A program made the translations under genes and the position numbers. DNA of 64,000 nt, from the NCBI GenBank assembly GCA_049644605.1, contig JBARSF010000058.1, positions 217,883 through 281,882 on the forward strand, in the 5' to 3' direction. Positions 8,209 through 16,226 of the stretch are shown here, piece by piece; positions within the stretch are counted from its first letter, which is position 1, and each line of letters begins with the position of its first letter. This stretch comes from Anaerolineales bacterium. GTDB lineage: Bacteria > Chloroflexota > Anaerolineae > Anaerolineales > UBA11858. The notes beneath the pieces are model-generated. The model was not told where the DNA came from. It made no database searches and saw only the letters and a list, made by a program, of their open reading frames with translations.

Positions 8209-8264
8209 GCCCCGGCGGCGGGTGCCCTTCGCAAGCTCAGGATAGTTAAGCTCACCCATTAGGC
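8209..8264 (+). repeat. Right-half attC remnant
   Basis: GCCCCGGCGGCGGGTGCCCTTCGCAAGCTCAGGATAGTTAAGCTCACCCATTAGGC aligns with the right ~55 nt of site 5. It has no left half and abuts the premature stop of the truncated ydeI-like ORF. Confidence 0.55.
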
Positions 8265-8401
8265 TGTTTAAAAATTTTCAGCCATGCAGGAAAATCAATC
8301 AATAGAATCCAAATTAAAGGGTTAGGGTATTCTGAAGAATGGTATAGAAAGGGATTGTAAGTCATTAAGCACCCACAATCCCAATTCTAGCGGCTTTTCT
8401 G

Positions 8402-8965
8402 TCACGATCTTGCCCGTTGGCGGCGGGCTTCCATTTCTGCTAATTCCCGGCGTATCTGTCGAATCCACTTAAGTTCAACCTCGTACTGAGCGATCCAATT
8501 CTTCTGGATCATATCCCACAGATATTTTTCACGTGATGTCCGCTCCGGCATATTCGGTCTGCTATCAGCTTGCACTCTCACAAAAAACAACTTTTCACCA
8601 ACTGCGTTCAAATACGCTTCAAGCAGTTCATCTATTTCCTCTGCTTTCAGACAATCGGCCCACAGCAGCTGGTTCAAAAACGATTTTTTTGAGCGCGGCG
8701 GCTCCGGCTCACTTCCAACCCATTTTCTCAACGCTTGTATACCTTCGTCGGTAATCGTATAAACATGACGATCTGGGGCGCCGATCTGGTCTTCAATAGT
8801 TTTGGTAACCCATTCATCATTATGAAGTTGGACCACAGCTCGATAAATCTGGTTGTTGTTAGCTGACCAGGGAAGTGTTTCGGAATCAGCAATTATTTTT
8901 TTAAGATCATAACCAGTCATTGGCTGCCAGCTCAAGTATCCCAAGATAACATATTTGATGGACAT
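8402..8965 (-). CDS. PadR-family transcriptional regulator (with C-terminal domain)
   Basis: YVILGYLSWQPMTGYDLKKII...NQIYRAVVQLHNDEWV. ATG 8965 preceded by AAGGAG. The track ORF start 8983 was trimmed. Confidence 0.85.
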   Translation of the reverse strand: MSIKYVILGYLSWQPMTGYDLKKIIADSETLPWSANNNQIYRAVVQLHNDEWVTKTIEDQIGAPDRHVYTITDEGIQALRKWVGSEPEPPRSKKSFLNQLLWADCLKAEEIDELLEAYLNAVGEKLFFVRVQADSRPNMPERTSREKYLWDMIQKNWIAQYEVELKWIRQIRRELAEMEARRQRARS

Positions 8966-8997
8966 CGGTAACTCCTTGTACAATTATGTTATATTTA

Positions 8998-9021
8998 CCA
9001 TATGTTACACATAACATATGG
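8998..9021 (-). promoter_or_regulatory. Candidate PadR operator (perfect 10-bp inverted repeat)
   Basis: CCATATGTTA-CACA-TAACATATGG contains ATGT-N8-ACAT, the pattern reported for PadR operators. It lies between a TTGACA (minus strand, 9025-9030) and the padR start. Confidence 0.65.
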
Positions 9022-9067
9022 TTTTGTCAACCCATAGTTTGAAAATGAATATTCAAAAGATCAAGAG

Positions 9068-9196
9068 GATTAACCCTCCGTTCAGGACAGCCATTCGATA
9101 CGCCCATTCGCTACGCTCAGGGCTACTCAGGACCGGGGGCCGAGGACCGAAGACCGGACACTCACACCAAGCGGCAAGTGAGTTCTTTCGGTAGAT
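9068..9196 (+). repeat. attC-like site 9 (variant right end)
   Basis: GATTAACCCTCCG ... GCGGCAAGTGAGTTCTTTCGGTAGAT. The central GGACCGGGGGCCGAGGACCGAAGACCGGA block is homologous to the sites at 3513, 5439 and 10072. The right end has GGTA instead of GTTA. Confidence 0.5.
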
Positions 9197-9240
9197 GTTT
9201 TTTCTGAAAATATATCAGTATTGCAAAGAATATTAAATTA

Positions 9241-9270
9241 TTCGGGGCAGGTTTAAAAACCTGCCCCGAA
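9241..9270 (-). terminator. Hairpin terminator after the 9322-9756 gene
   Basis: TTCGGGGCAGG-N8-CCTGCCCCGAA, 50 nt downstream of the stop on the minus strand, followed by an AT-rich tract. Confidence 0.55.
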
Positions 9271-9321
9271 AATCACCCAGCATCACTGAAGGGGCCGTGC
9301 CATAATCACCCCCCCGTTAAT

Positions 9322-9756
9322 TTACAGCTGATAAATTTCTTTAATAATCGGCAAGATATATTTAAGCAACCGATCAGGATGGGCTGGTTTTCCTTTGAGA
9401 AGGATGTCGTGTATTTCAAAATCGCGACCAGTACCACAAACCCATACTTCGTCATCTAAGTCAAGGGTTAAAGGCAGGTCTGACACAGAGGATACTTTTG
9501 CAGGATGGCCTTTTATGTCATCAACAACAACGGTGTCCCCGCCTGTTTCGAGTACGACTGCTCGAAGCCAACGCCAAACGATTTCTGGTGGATTGGCATC
9601 CATGTTGATAGCAACCAGTTGGTCTGGTTGAATCTTAATCCGTTTTTGAACAACTAGCGAAGAAAAAACTGCTTCAAAGGTAGAGTTATCGGGCACTGTT
9701 TTTACACTGCTACCATTTTCGTTACAAGTTAACACAAGAGCTAATTTTAGTTTCAT
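9322..9756 (-). CDS. Hypothetical protein (144 aa)
   Basis: RBS AAGGAGA upstream, followed by a hairpin terminator. No domain recognised. Confidence 0.6.
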   Translation of the reverse strand: MKLKLALVLTCNENGSSVKTVPDNSTFEAVFSSLVVQKRIKIQPDQLVAINMDANPPEIVWRWLRAVVLETGGDTVVVDDIKGHPAKVSSVSDLPLTLDLDDEVWVCGTGRDFEIHDILLKGKPAHPDRLLKYILPIIKEIYQL

Positions 9757-9778
9757 GGGAAATCTCCTTGAAATTACC

Positions 9779-9806
9779 CACGACTTTATGAATCAAAAAA
9801 GTCGTG
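9779..9806 (-). promoter_or_regulatory. Inverted repeat in the 5' leader of the 9322-9756 gene
   Basis: CACGACTTT-N10-AAAGTCGTG lies immediately upstream of the RBS. A third partial copy GCGACTTTT is at ~9835. Confidence 0.35.
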
Positions 9807-10071
9807 AGTTTATGTGCCACACCCGCGACTTTTACAATAATAAGAGGTTTACTATGTATAAACCAAATAGATCAGTTAGATCACATCAAATCGCCTTTAA
9901 CAGATGAGGCAAGGTTGGATGGATTACAATTATGTGTATGTTCTTCAAAGAAACGCTACCCATAGGCAACCGCCTTCCCCGAAAAGCGCTGCAAGTGATA
10001 AAACAAAATCGAGATCGCGGACAAATTATAGCATGATTCCAATACCGATTATTATTTTCAGATTATGAAAC

Positions 10072-10191
10072 ATCAAACCCACCCTGCCCTTCGATACGCC
10101 CTTTCGCTGCGCTCAGGACTGCTCAGGACGGGTGACGGAGGACGGAGGACCGGAACCTCGCCCCCGGCGGCAAGTAGATCTTCCGGTATGC
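10072..10191 (+). repeat. attC-like site 10 (variant right end; last clear site)
   Basis: ATCAAACCCACCCTGCCCTTCGATACGCC ... CGGCGGCAAGTAGATCTTCCGGTATGC. The left 60 nt are closely similar to site 9. Confidence 0.5.
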
Positions 10192-10242
10192 TGTAAAATA
10201 CCTCAGTTTTGAATAGCAATATTTAGCAATCAAGGATGTATC

Positions 10243-11121
10243 GTGAGTATTGGTTCAAGGGTTACCCAGGCAGTTTTTAAACTAACAAATATAAAAAAGT
10301 GGGTCTTTCGTCAATTTATGAATCCTCCCAGAAATACAGGCACTATGGATAGCGATAAGTTTAAGAATAATCTTGATCTTATATCTTGGACAGTTGATGG
10401 ATTTAAACTTTTATCAGTTAATCCACCCAACTCAAATAACAAACAGGTTATATTTCTCCACGGGGGAGCCTATCTACTAGAGGCTACAGCTTTTCATCAA
10501 AAATTTATGGAAACTCTGGCTAAAGAATATGGACTGACAATAACATTTATCGATTATCCTAAAGGGCCGGAGCATACTTTTCGAACCACACATGATGTGG
10601 TCCTTAAAGCCTATCTTGAAATACTGCATAAAAATCCAGGGAATGAATTTTACCTAGTGGGAGATTCAGCTGGGGGAGGTTTAGGTCTCGCACTTTTACA
10701 AGAGTTGCGGGATAAAAGAATCACTCCTTTTCCCAAAAAAACAGTTCTGGTTTCTCCCTGGTTGGATTTAACTATGAGTAATGAGAGTATTCAGGATTAT
10801 GAATCTAAAGACCATCTTTTGCCTGTTAAGGGATTAATTTATGCAGCCAAATTGTATTCTGGTGGTGAGGATTTAAGAAATCCTTTGCTTTCCCCACTTT
10901 ATGGAGATATGTCAAACCTGGGAGTTATTAAATTATTCTTCGGGACAAATGAGGTTCTTTACCCTGATTGCTTGGAGTTAACGAAAAAAATATCAAGTTC
11001 CCAGGGAAGTTCGATAGAGTATATTATTGGAGAGAATATGATGCATGACTGGATTATTTTCCCGTTTAAGGAATCAAAAAAAGGGGTATCGCAGATAGCA
11101 CAATTTTTAATTTCTGATTAA
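10243..11121 (+). CDS. Alpha/beta hydrolase, fold-3 (hormone-sensitive-lipase-like esterase)
   Basis: GTG start. HGGAY oxyanion motif and GDSAGG nucleophile elbow. Confidence 0.85.
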   Translation: MSIGSRVTQAVFKLTNIKKWVFRQFMNPPRNTGTMDSDKFKNNLDLISWTVDGFKLLSVNPPNSNNKQVIFLHGGAYLLEATAFHQKFMETLAKEYGLTITFIDYPKGPEHTFRTTHDVVLKAYLEILHKNPGNEFYLVGDSAGGGLGLALLQELRDKRITPFPKKTVLVSPWLDLTMSNESIQDYESKDHLLPVKGLIYAAKLYSGGEDLRNPLLSPLYGDMSNLGVIKLFFGTNEVLYPDCLELTKKISSSQGSSIEYIIGENMMHDWIIFPFKESKKGVSQIAQFLISD

Positions 11122-11249
11122 TATTTTTTTGTTTATCGAAGGGGATCGGGGATTATATTGAGTATTCAATAAGCTCATCTGACAGGTTTCTGAAAAAAAG
11201 AAAATGAGCCTGAAGGCGATCCGACTACATTTAATTAGGAGCATGATTG

Positions 11250-12419
11250 ATGGAAAACAAATCGTTTATACATACTGTTGTATTTATATCCCTAACAACA
11301 ATCATCGTTCTTGCTTGTGGGACTGTTCCGCCTGCAGCGGAATCAACAGTACCGGAACCGACCCACACCCAACCGCTTCCCGCGCCAACGGCAACGATAG
11401 CCCCGCCGACAAATACTCCCACCCCGCCAACTCCCACGGCAACACCTTTCCCTGTGGTCATAAACGCGGATAATATTCAAGCAGTATCCGACCGTTATGA
11501 ATTATGGGTTCCGGAGGATAGTGTGCGGGCCTTAGCTTTCTCGCCAGACAGCTCTTTATTAGTTACGGGGACCGGGTTGAATTTGTCCAGCCCAGATCAA
11601 AAGCTGCGGATTTATCATGTTGAAACTGGAACGCTGATAACTGAATCAGAGAAGCTGTACACAATCATTTGGGATGTTGCCTTTACACCAGATGGCAGCA
11701 TGATTGCAGTTGCTTTAGATAACGGCAGCATACAAATCCGAAACACTGAAGATCTCTCGCTCGCGGACAAGATTGAACTTCCGGGCCCGGTTAATAGTAT
11801 TAGCCTCTCATCCGACGGGAAAAGGATAGCTGCAGGCGTTGCCGAAGCGGAAAGCGATGACGGCGTTGTTTATATCTGGGATTTGGATAACCGTGAAATC
11901 CTGCTTAAATTCTGGGCTCATCCCTACAGTGTTCCAAGTATGGATTTTTCACCCGATGGAAAATTATTGGCAACAGGTGCAGTGGATCGATCTGTAAAAG
12001 TATGGGACAGTCAAACCGGGGCTTTAATGGATACGCTTTCACAAGCAGGTCAGGGTGCCGCGATAAAGTTTTCACCGGATGGTTCACTTCTGGCTTCGGG
12101 TTTGTGCAGCGAATCGATCAACCTGGATTGTCAGAAAGGCAGTGTTATCTTGTGGGATTCGGCAAGCTGGGGGATATCCAGGATCTTGACTGGTCCTGGT
12201 GATTGGGTTGATGGGGTTGCATTTACGCCGAATATGTCGATCCTGGCAGGAGCCAGCCGGAATGGATTAGTTTATTTATGGCGCCTGAGTGATGGGACTC
12301 TTTTGCATACCCTGGGTGGACATACATATGGTGTTGATGTGATTGCTGTATCGTCCGATGGCAGTTCGATCGCCACGGGTGCGCATAAAAGTGCTATCAT
12401 CTGGGTTGTAGAGCAGTGA
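11250..12419 (+). CDS. WD40-repeat lipoprotein
   Basis: Lipobox VLAC, Pro/Thr linker, and repeated FSPDG..LA.G..D..V.(V/I)W(D) units. Confidence 0.85.
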   Translation: MENKSFIHTVVFISLTTIIVLACGTVPPAAESTVPEPTHTQPLPAPTATIAPPTNTPTPPTPTATPFPVVINADNIQAVSDRYELWVPEDSVRALAFSPDSSLLVTGTGLNLSSPDQKLRIYHVETGTLITESEKLYTIIWDVAFTPDGSMIAVALDNGSIQIRNTEDLSLADKIELPGPVNSISLSSDGKRIAAGVAEAESDDGVVYIWDLDNREILLKFWAHPYSVPSMDFSPDGKLLATGAVDRSVKVWDSQTGALMDTLSQAGQGAAIKFSPDGSLLASGLCSESINLDCQKGSVILWDSASWGISRILTGPGDWVDGVAFTPNMSILAGASRNGLVYLWRLSDGTLLHTLGGHTYGVDVIAVSSDGSSIATGAHKSAIIWVVEQ

Positions 12420-12473
12420 GCGCTTCTGTATGGAGAAAATCTTGCTTCATGGAGGAAAAATATACCAAGCGCA

Positions 12474-13193
12474 ATGAAAAAATTAATTAGAGCGGTCTTA
12501 ACCGGATATCGAAAGCTAGTCACGAGACTAAAGCTCTTTAAAGGGCAAAAAGGTCAGGATAAGTGGGTAATTTTCACTGTCTTGCCATTTAAGAGGAAAG
12601 GCTATTTCCTGGACTTGGCAGCAACTGACGGCATTACCAATAACAATACCTATAGCCTGGAAAAACTATTCGGTTGGAACGGGATTTGCATTGAACCTAA
12701 TCCGATTTTTAATCAAAAACTTACTAAAACACGAAATTGTATTATCGACAACTCGGTGGTTAATGACAAACATGAGTCAGTAGAGTTCAGAATTGATGTT
12801 GGCGGATGGGGGGGGATAATAGCCGATGACACAGACAATAATCCTCGACTGCGTTCTGAGCAGTTATCAAACGCAGAGACAATTCGTCTTGATACAGTCT
12901 TGTTGACTGAGATCCTCGACCGTTATAGCGCCCCAAGGATCATAGATTATTTTTCTTTAGATGTTGAGGGCAGCGAGGAAAGAGTTCTCCGGAACTTTGA
13001 TTTTAATCAATATCAATTTAATTGCCTGACCATCGAACGACCGACACCAGAGCTGAACGAGATTCTTTTTAAGAATGATTATACATTTGTAAAGAATAAC
13101 CAGTTTGACTCGTTCTATGTTCATTCGTCCCTGGCGGAACAGGGGAAAATCCGCTGCCAGCCCTTTGAACAGATTCCTCCCAAGAATTACTAG
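12474..13193 (+). CDS. FkbM-family methyltransferase
   Basis: GYFLDLAATDGITNNNTYSLEKLFGWNGICIEPNP and DYFSLDVEGSE are typical of the FkbM family. Confidence 0.7.
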   Translation: MKKLIRAVLTGYRKLVTRLKLFKGQKGQDKWVIFTVLPFKRKGYFLDLAATDGITNNNTYSLEKLFGWNGICIEPNPIFNQKLTKTRNCIIDNSVVNDKHESVEFRIDVGGWGGIIADDTDNNPRLRSEQLSNAETIRLDTVLLTEILDRYSAPRIIDYFSLDVEGSEERVLRNFDFNQYQFNCLTIERPTPELNEILFKNDYTFVKNNQFDSFYVHSSLAEQGKIRCQPFEQIPPKNY

Positions 13194-13364
13194 GAAACTA
13201 TCGATAACTATTTTCTAGAAACATAACCTGCCTGCTTAACAGGCGATTATTGCAAGAACACTCAATGTATTTTGATATGCTGCTTAGAGCAGCTTAGCTG
13301 GGTGAAAACGTTTATACGAATCGATTACAATTGAATCACGCCCTGGGAATAATTTGGAGGCACA

Positions 13365-14717
13365 ATGATGAAGAAAAGAACTAACAACCTGATTCTATTC
13401 CTAATCGCCATTCTGATCCTTCCCTCCATCACTTGCAGCATACTAAAAACGAAAACAGAGTCGGAGCAGCCTCCGGCTGAAACCGATTTGGACGGAGAAG
13501 ATTCTTTGCCAGAATCGGAGGAAACCAATCTCCCAGATACAACTGGTGATGAAATCGAAATTGTACAAACCACAGCATACCTGGATGTTTACGGCTTCTG
13601 GAATATCCATGGCTTGTTAACAAATACCGCCTCCTACTCAGTCGGCAGGGTTGAGATCGAGGTTAATCTCTTGGATGAAAACGAAACCTTGGTCTTTAGT
13701 GAGATTTTTTATTCCGCGCTCTTTGGTCTCGCCCCAGGCGAATCGCAGCCTTTTAGTATCCGCTTACCGGATACGGTATCTACGGTATCCGCCCTGGACC
13801 ACTACGAAATTAATATCCTTCAATTAGAGCGGTTTGAAATGGGCCTTATCCAAGTAGAACCCGGCGGCATGAGCAGCACTTCCTATGAAGACGGCACATA
13901 TACAATTACAGGTGAAGTCCTGAATAACAGCACGCAGCCAGCGTCGATACATTCCATAAAGGCTGCGCTCTATTCAGAGGACAATGAGATTATCACCACA
14001 GAATCCTGCCAGGTTTGCACCCGCTACCTGGACCCGGGTGAATCAGGCCCTTTCCAATTCCTGATTTTTGGACACCCCCCGGAAGCTGTTGTCGACCATT
14101 TTGAAGTTTATTTATCCGTAGAACCAGCCCTGCCAATTGAAGGGTTTGAAGCCGTCTTTTCAGAACCCGTTCATACTTATACTGATCCGGCTGGCAATTT
14201 CCATATCATGGGGGATATCCAGAATGCCGGGGAGAAGATATTGGATCTTCAGCTGCTGGCCACATTTTACGATCAATCCCGGCAAGTGGTAGGGGCTTCA
14301 GTGTACAACCTGCCGCTTAATTCTCTGCTTCCGGGTGAGTCAGCCCCTTATGAAATCTTCCTGGGGGGACCGACAACCGCTGTTGATTGGTCAATTCAGG
14401 TGGATCAAGCTGGTTCCCGGGAGGTGGATTCCCCTTCATATGTATTATCCACTTCTGGAAATGAAAAAAACACCTCAGAATATCTATGGTCATTTTCGGG
14501 AAATGTTGTAAATGATACGGATAAAACCCTGCGGTTTATCCTGGTTGTTATTGGTTTAAGGGAAATTGAATCAGGAAGGCTGGTTGGACTAGCTCAAAGC
14601 CTAAAGGTAGGTGAATTCCCGACTGGATCAAGTATTGAATACAACCTTGTTGTCAGCCCCGACCCGGATCTGGACTCAGCAGCGCTGGAGGAGTTTATTC
14701 TGATCCGCGGCAGATGA
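13365..14717 (+). CDS. Secreted lipoprotein with four tandem ~100-aa repeats (FxLYD-like modules)
   Basis: Lipobox SITC. Four repeats of the pattern G.(V/L/I).N....(L/F)(Y/L)(D/S)....PGES.P(F/Y). Confidence 0.6.
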   Translation: MMKKRTNNLILFLIAILILPSITCSILKTKTESEQPPAETDLDGEDSLPESEETNLPDTTGDEIEIVQTTAYLDVYGFWNIHGLLTNTASYSVGRVEIEVNLLDENETLVFSEIFYSALFGLAPGESQPFSIRLPDTVSTVSALDHYEINILQLERFEMGLIQVEPGGMSSTSYEDGTYTITGEVLNNSTQPASIHSIKAALYSEDNEIITTESCQVCTRYLDPGESGPFQFLIFGHPPEAVVDHFEVYLSVEPALPIEGFEAVFSEPVHTYTDPAGNFHIMGDIQNAGEKILDLQLLATFYDQSRQVVGASVYNLPLNSLLPGESAPYEIFLGGPTTAVDWSIQVDQAGSREVDSPSYVLSTSGNEKNTSEYLWSFSGNVVNDTDKTLRFILVVIGLREIESGRLVGLAQSLKVGEFPTGSSIEYNLVVSPDPDLDSAALEEFILIRGR

Positions 14718-14718
14718 T

Positions 14719-15360
14719 TTAGGGCAGGAAGAGATTAAAATCGCAAGCTCTGTCTGGGCCAGCCTGTTCAAGCACAATAACGGTAAGTTCTCCGGATACG
14801 GTGGTGTTGTAAATATCAAAATCTACCTCACCATGCCCTTGTCCAAAAGGCACTTTGATCTCCATATCAGGATGAAAACCAAAATCCCAGATATCCGGGA
14901 AGCAGCCCACAAGGAAAGAGCAGGTAATTGCATAGCCCGGGTATTCAAACTCGGTAATAAACAATTCAAGAGAACAATCAGGGGAGGGATTAAGTATGCC
15001 GTCAATTTCCCACTTGGTTGGCCAACCACTTTGGGTTGTAACAAGACCCCCTCCGGCTTCGCCATCTCCTTGTCCAAAAGTATAGACCAGTTCCCCCTGG
15101 ATAAGTCCTTTCCCGTCCGGCGTAACGATAGTTACTGGAATTTGTACCTGCACCGGATACCATAAAAACTGAGTCCAATTTACTCCATCGTGCATTAATC
15201 CATCCCCAAAGATGAGCAGATCAACATAACCTTCTAAATCTGAAGAAGGGGAGAGTTCCACAGGCACAGCAGTGTCTGGCGCGTATCGGAAGCCAAATGC
15301 GCTCAAAGCGATAACCATGAGCATGATCCCCCTTAAGATATTTCTTTTTCGGGCGGCCAT
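14719..15360 (-). CDS. Hypothetical secreted protein
   Basis: N-terminal signal/anchor (IMLMVIALSAFG). Convergent with the previous gene with a 1-nt gap. Confidence 0.6.
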   Translation of the reverse strand: MAARKRNILRGIMLMVIALSAFGFRYAPDTAVPVELSPSSDLEGYVDLLIFGDGLMHDGVNWTQFLWYPVQVQIPVTIVTPDGKGLIQGELVYTFGQGDGEAGGGLVTTQSGWPTKWEIDGILNPSPDCSLELFITEFEYPGYAITCSFLVGCFPDIWDFGFHPDMEIKVPFGQGHGEVDFDIYNTTVSGELTVIVLEQAGPDRACDFNLFLP

Positions 15361-15585
15361 CTTTTCCCTCCCGTTAGATAACAGATGATATTTTAGTCTC
15401 CTGTTATCAGTATACCAAAGGAGATTCGCTCCCGTTTAGAAAAATAAGGGTTAAAAATACTATAGGAAAGAGGAACCGCCTAAAAAAACCATTTTATATA
15501 CCCCCAAGATGACGGCTAAAGGAATAATTCCCTTAATTACCAATAGGAAACTGGTAGAAGTTGGCTAGAGTAGAGGAGGGTTAGC

Positions 15586-16185
15586 ATGGGTGTTGAATTT
15601 GTCTTCCGGATGATTATTCTAGCTGTCCTGGTTCTCACGTTTATAATTTCCGGGGCCTATAGAAAACGGGCGCGAGAAAGCGGAGAATTTATTAAACACC
15701 AGCAAGAAGGGTGGGTGATCCTGCTTCTCCGGATGGCATTTGGTTTTTCTCTCCTGGGAGTTCTGCTGTTAAATATTTTTTCCCCTAAAATCCTAACCTG
15801 GGCTAAGTTCGAACTGAACATTTATATACAGGCCGCGGGTGTTGTATTAGCCATATCCTGTGTCCCGTTAATCTGGTGGGTTTTCCGCAGTATCGGCAGC
15901 AATATCTCTGAGACTATTCTTATTAAACAGGATCATGAGTTGGTGACGATTGGTCCTTACCGGTGGATTCGCCATCCCCTGTACAGCTCAGCACTCTTGC
16001 TGTTATTCTCAATCAGCATCACATTCAGGGATTGGATCCTGCTTGGCAGTTTCCTGACCGGCTCAATCGCCTTCCGGCTGCTGGTCATACCTGCCGAGGA
16101 AAAACAACTCCTGGAGGCTTTTGGTGAGGATTATGAATGCTACCAGCAGAGCCGTACCGGCGCCTTGCTGCCCTGGATCAGATAA
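15586..16185 (+). CDS. Isoprenylcysteine carboxyl methyltransferase (ICMT/PEMT) family membrane methyltransferase
   Basis: GPYRWIRHPLYSSALLLLFS and PAEEKQLLEAFGEDY motifs. Multi-TM protein. Confidence 0.8.
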   Translation: MGVEFVFRMIILAVLVLTFIISGAYRKRARESGEFIKHQQEGWVILLLRMAFGFSLLGVLLLNIFSPKILTWAKFELNIYIQAAGVVLAISCVPLIWWVFRSIGSNISETILIKQDHELVTIGPYRWIRHPLYSSALLLLFSISITFRDWILLGSFLTGSIAFRLLVIPAEEKQLLEAFGEDYECYQQSRTGALLPWIR

Positions 16186-16226
16186 GCCAGTTTTTGTTTC
16201 GTGGAAATTAATCGGGAGATATCTTA

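Larger units (their letters stand above)
1..10191 (+). mobile_element. Integron-type gene-cassette array (partial; continues beyond window start; no intI/attI in window)
   Basis: Ten full and two half copies of a same-orientation GC-rich imperfect palindrome with RYYYAAC-like start and GTTRRRY-like end. Each lies just 3' of a short unrelated ORF, and the next ORF starts 25-74 nt after the site. I could not find the repeat beyond ~11.2 kb. Confidence 0.7.

Noticed and set aside
392-10191. Regularly spaced repeats could suggest a CRISPR array.
   Set aside because: The repeats are 70-185 bp, heterogeneous and internally palindromic. They are separated by 0.4-1.3 kb segments containing complete protein-coding genes. 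This is not a CRISPR repeat/spacer architecture, and no cas genes are present.
13194-13364. A possible additional attC-like site (ATAACCTGCCTG…CAGGCGATTATTG) after the FkbM gene.
   Set aside because: It has only a 5-bp stem, no GTTRRRY-like end and no similarity to the repeat family. It is more likely a weak terminator hairpin.
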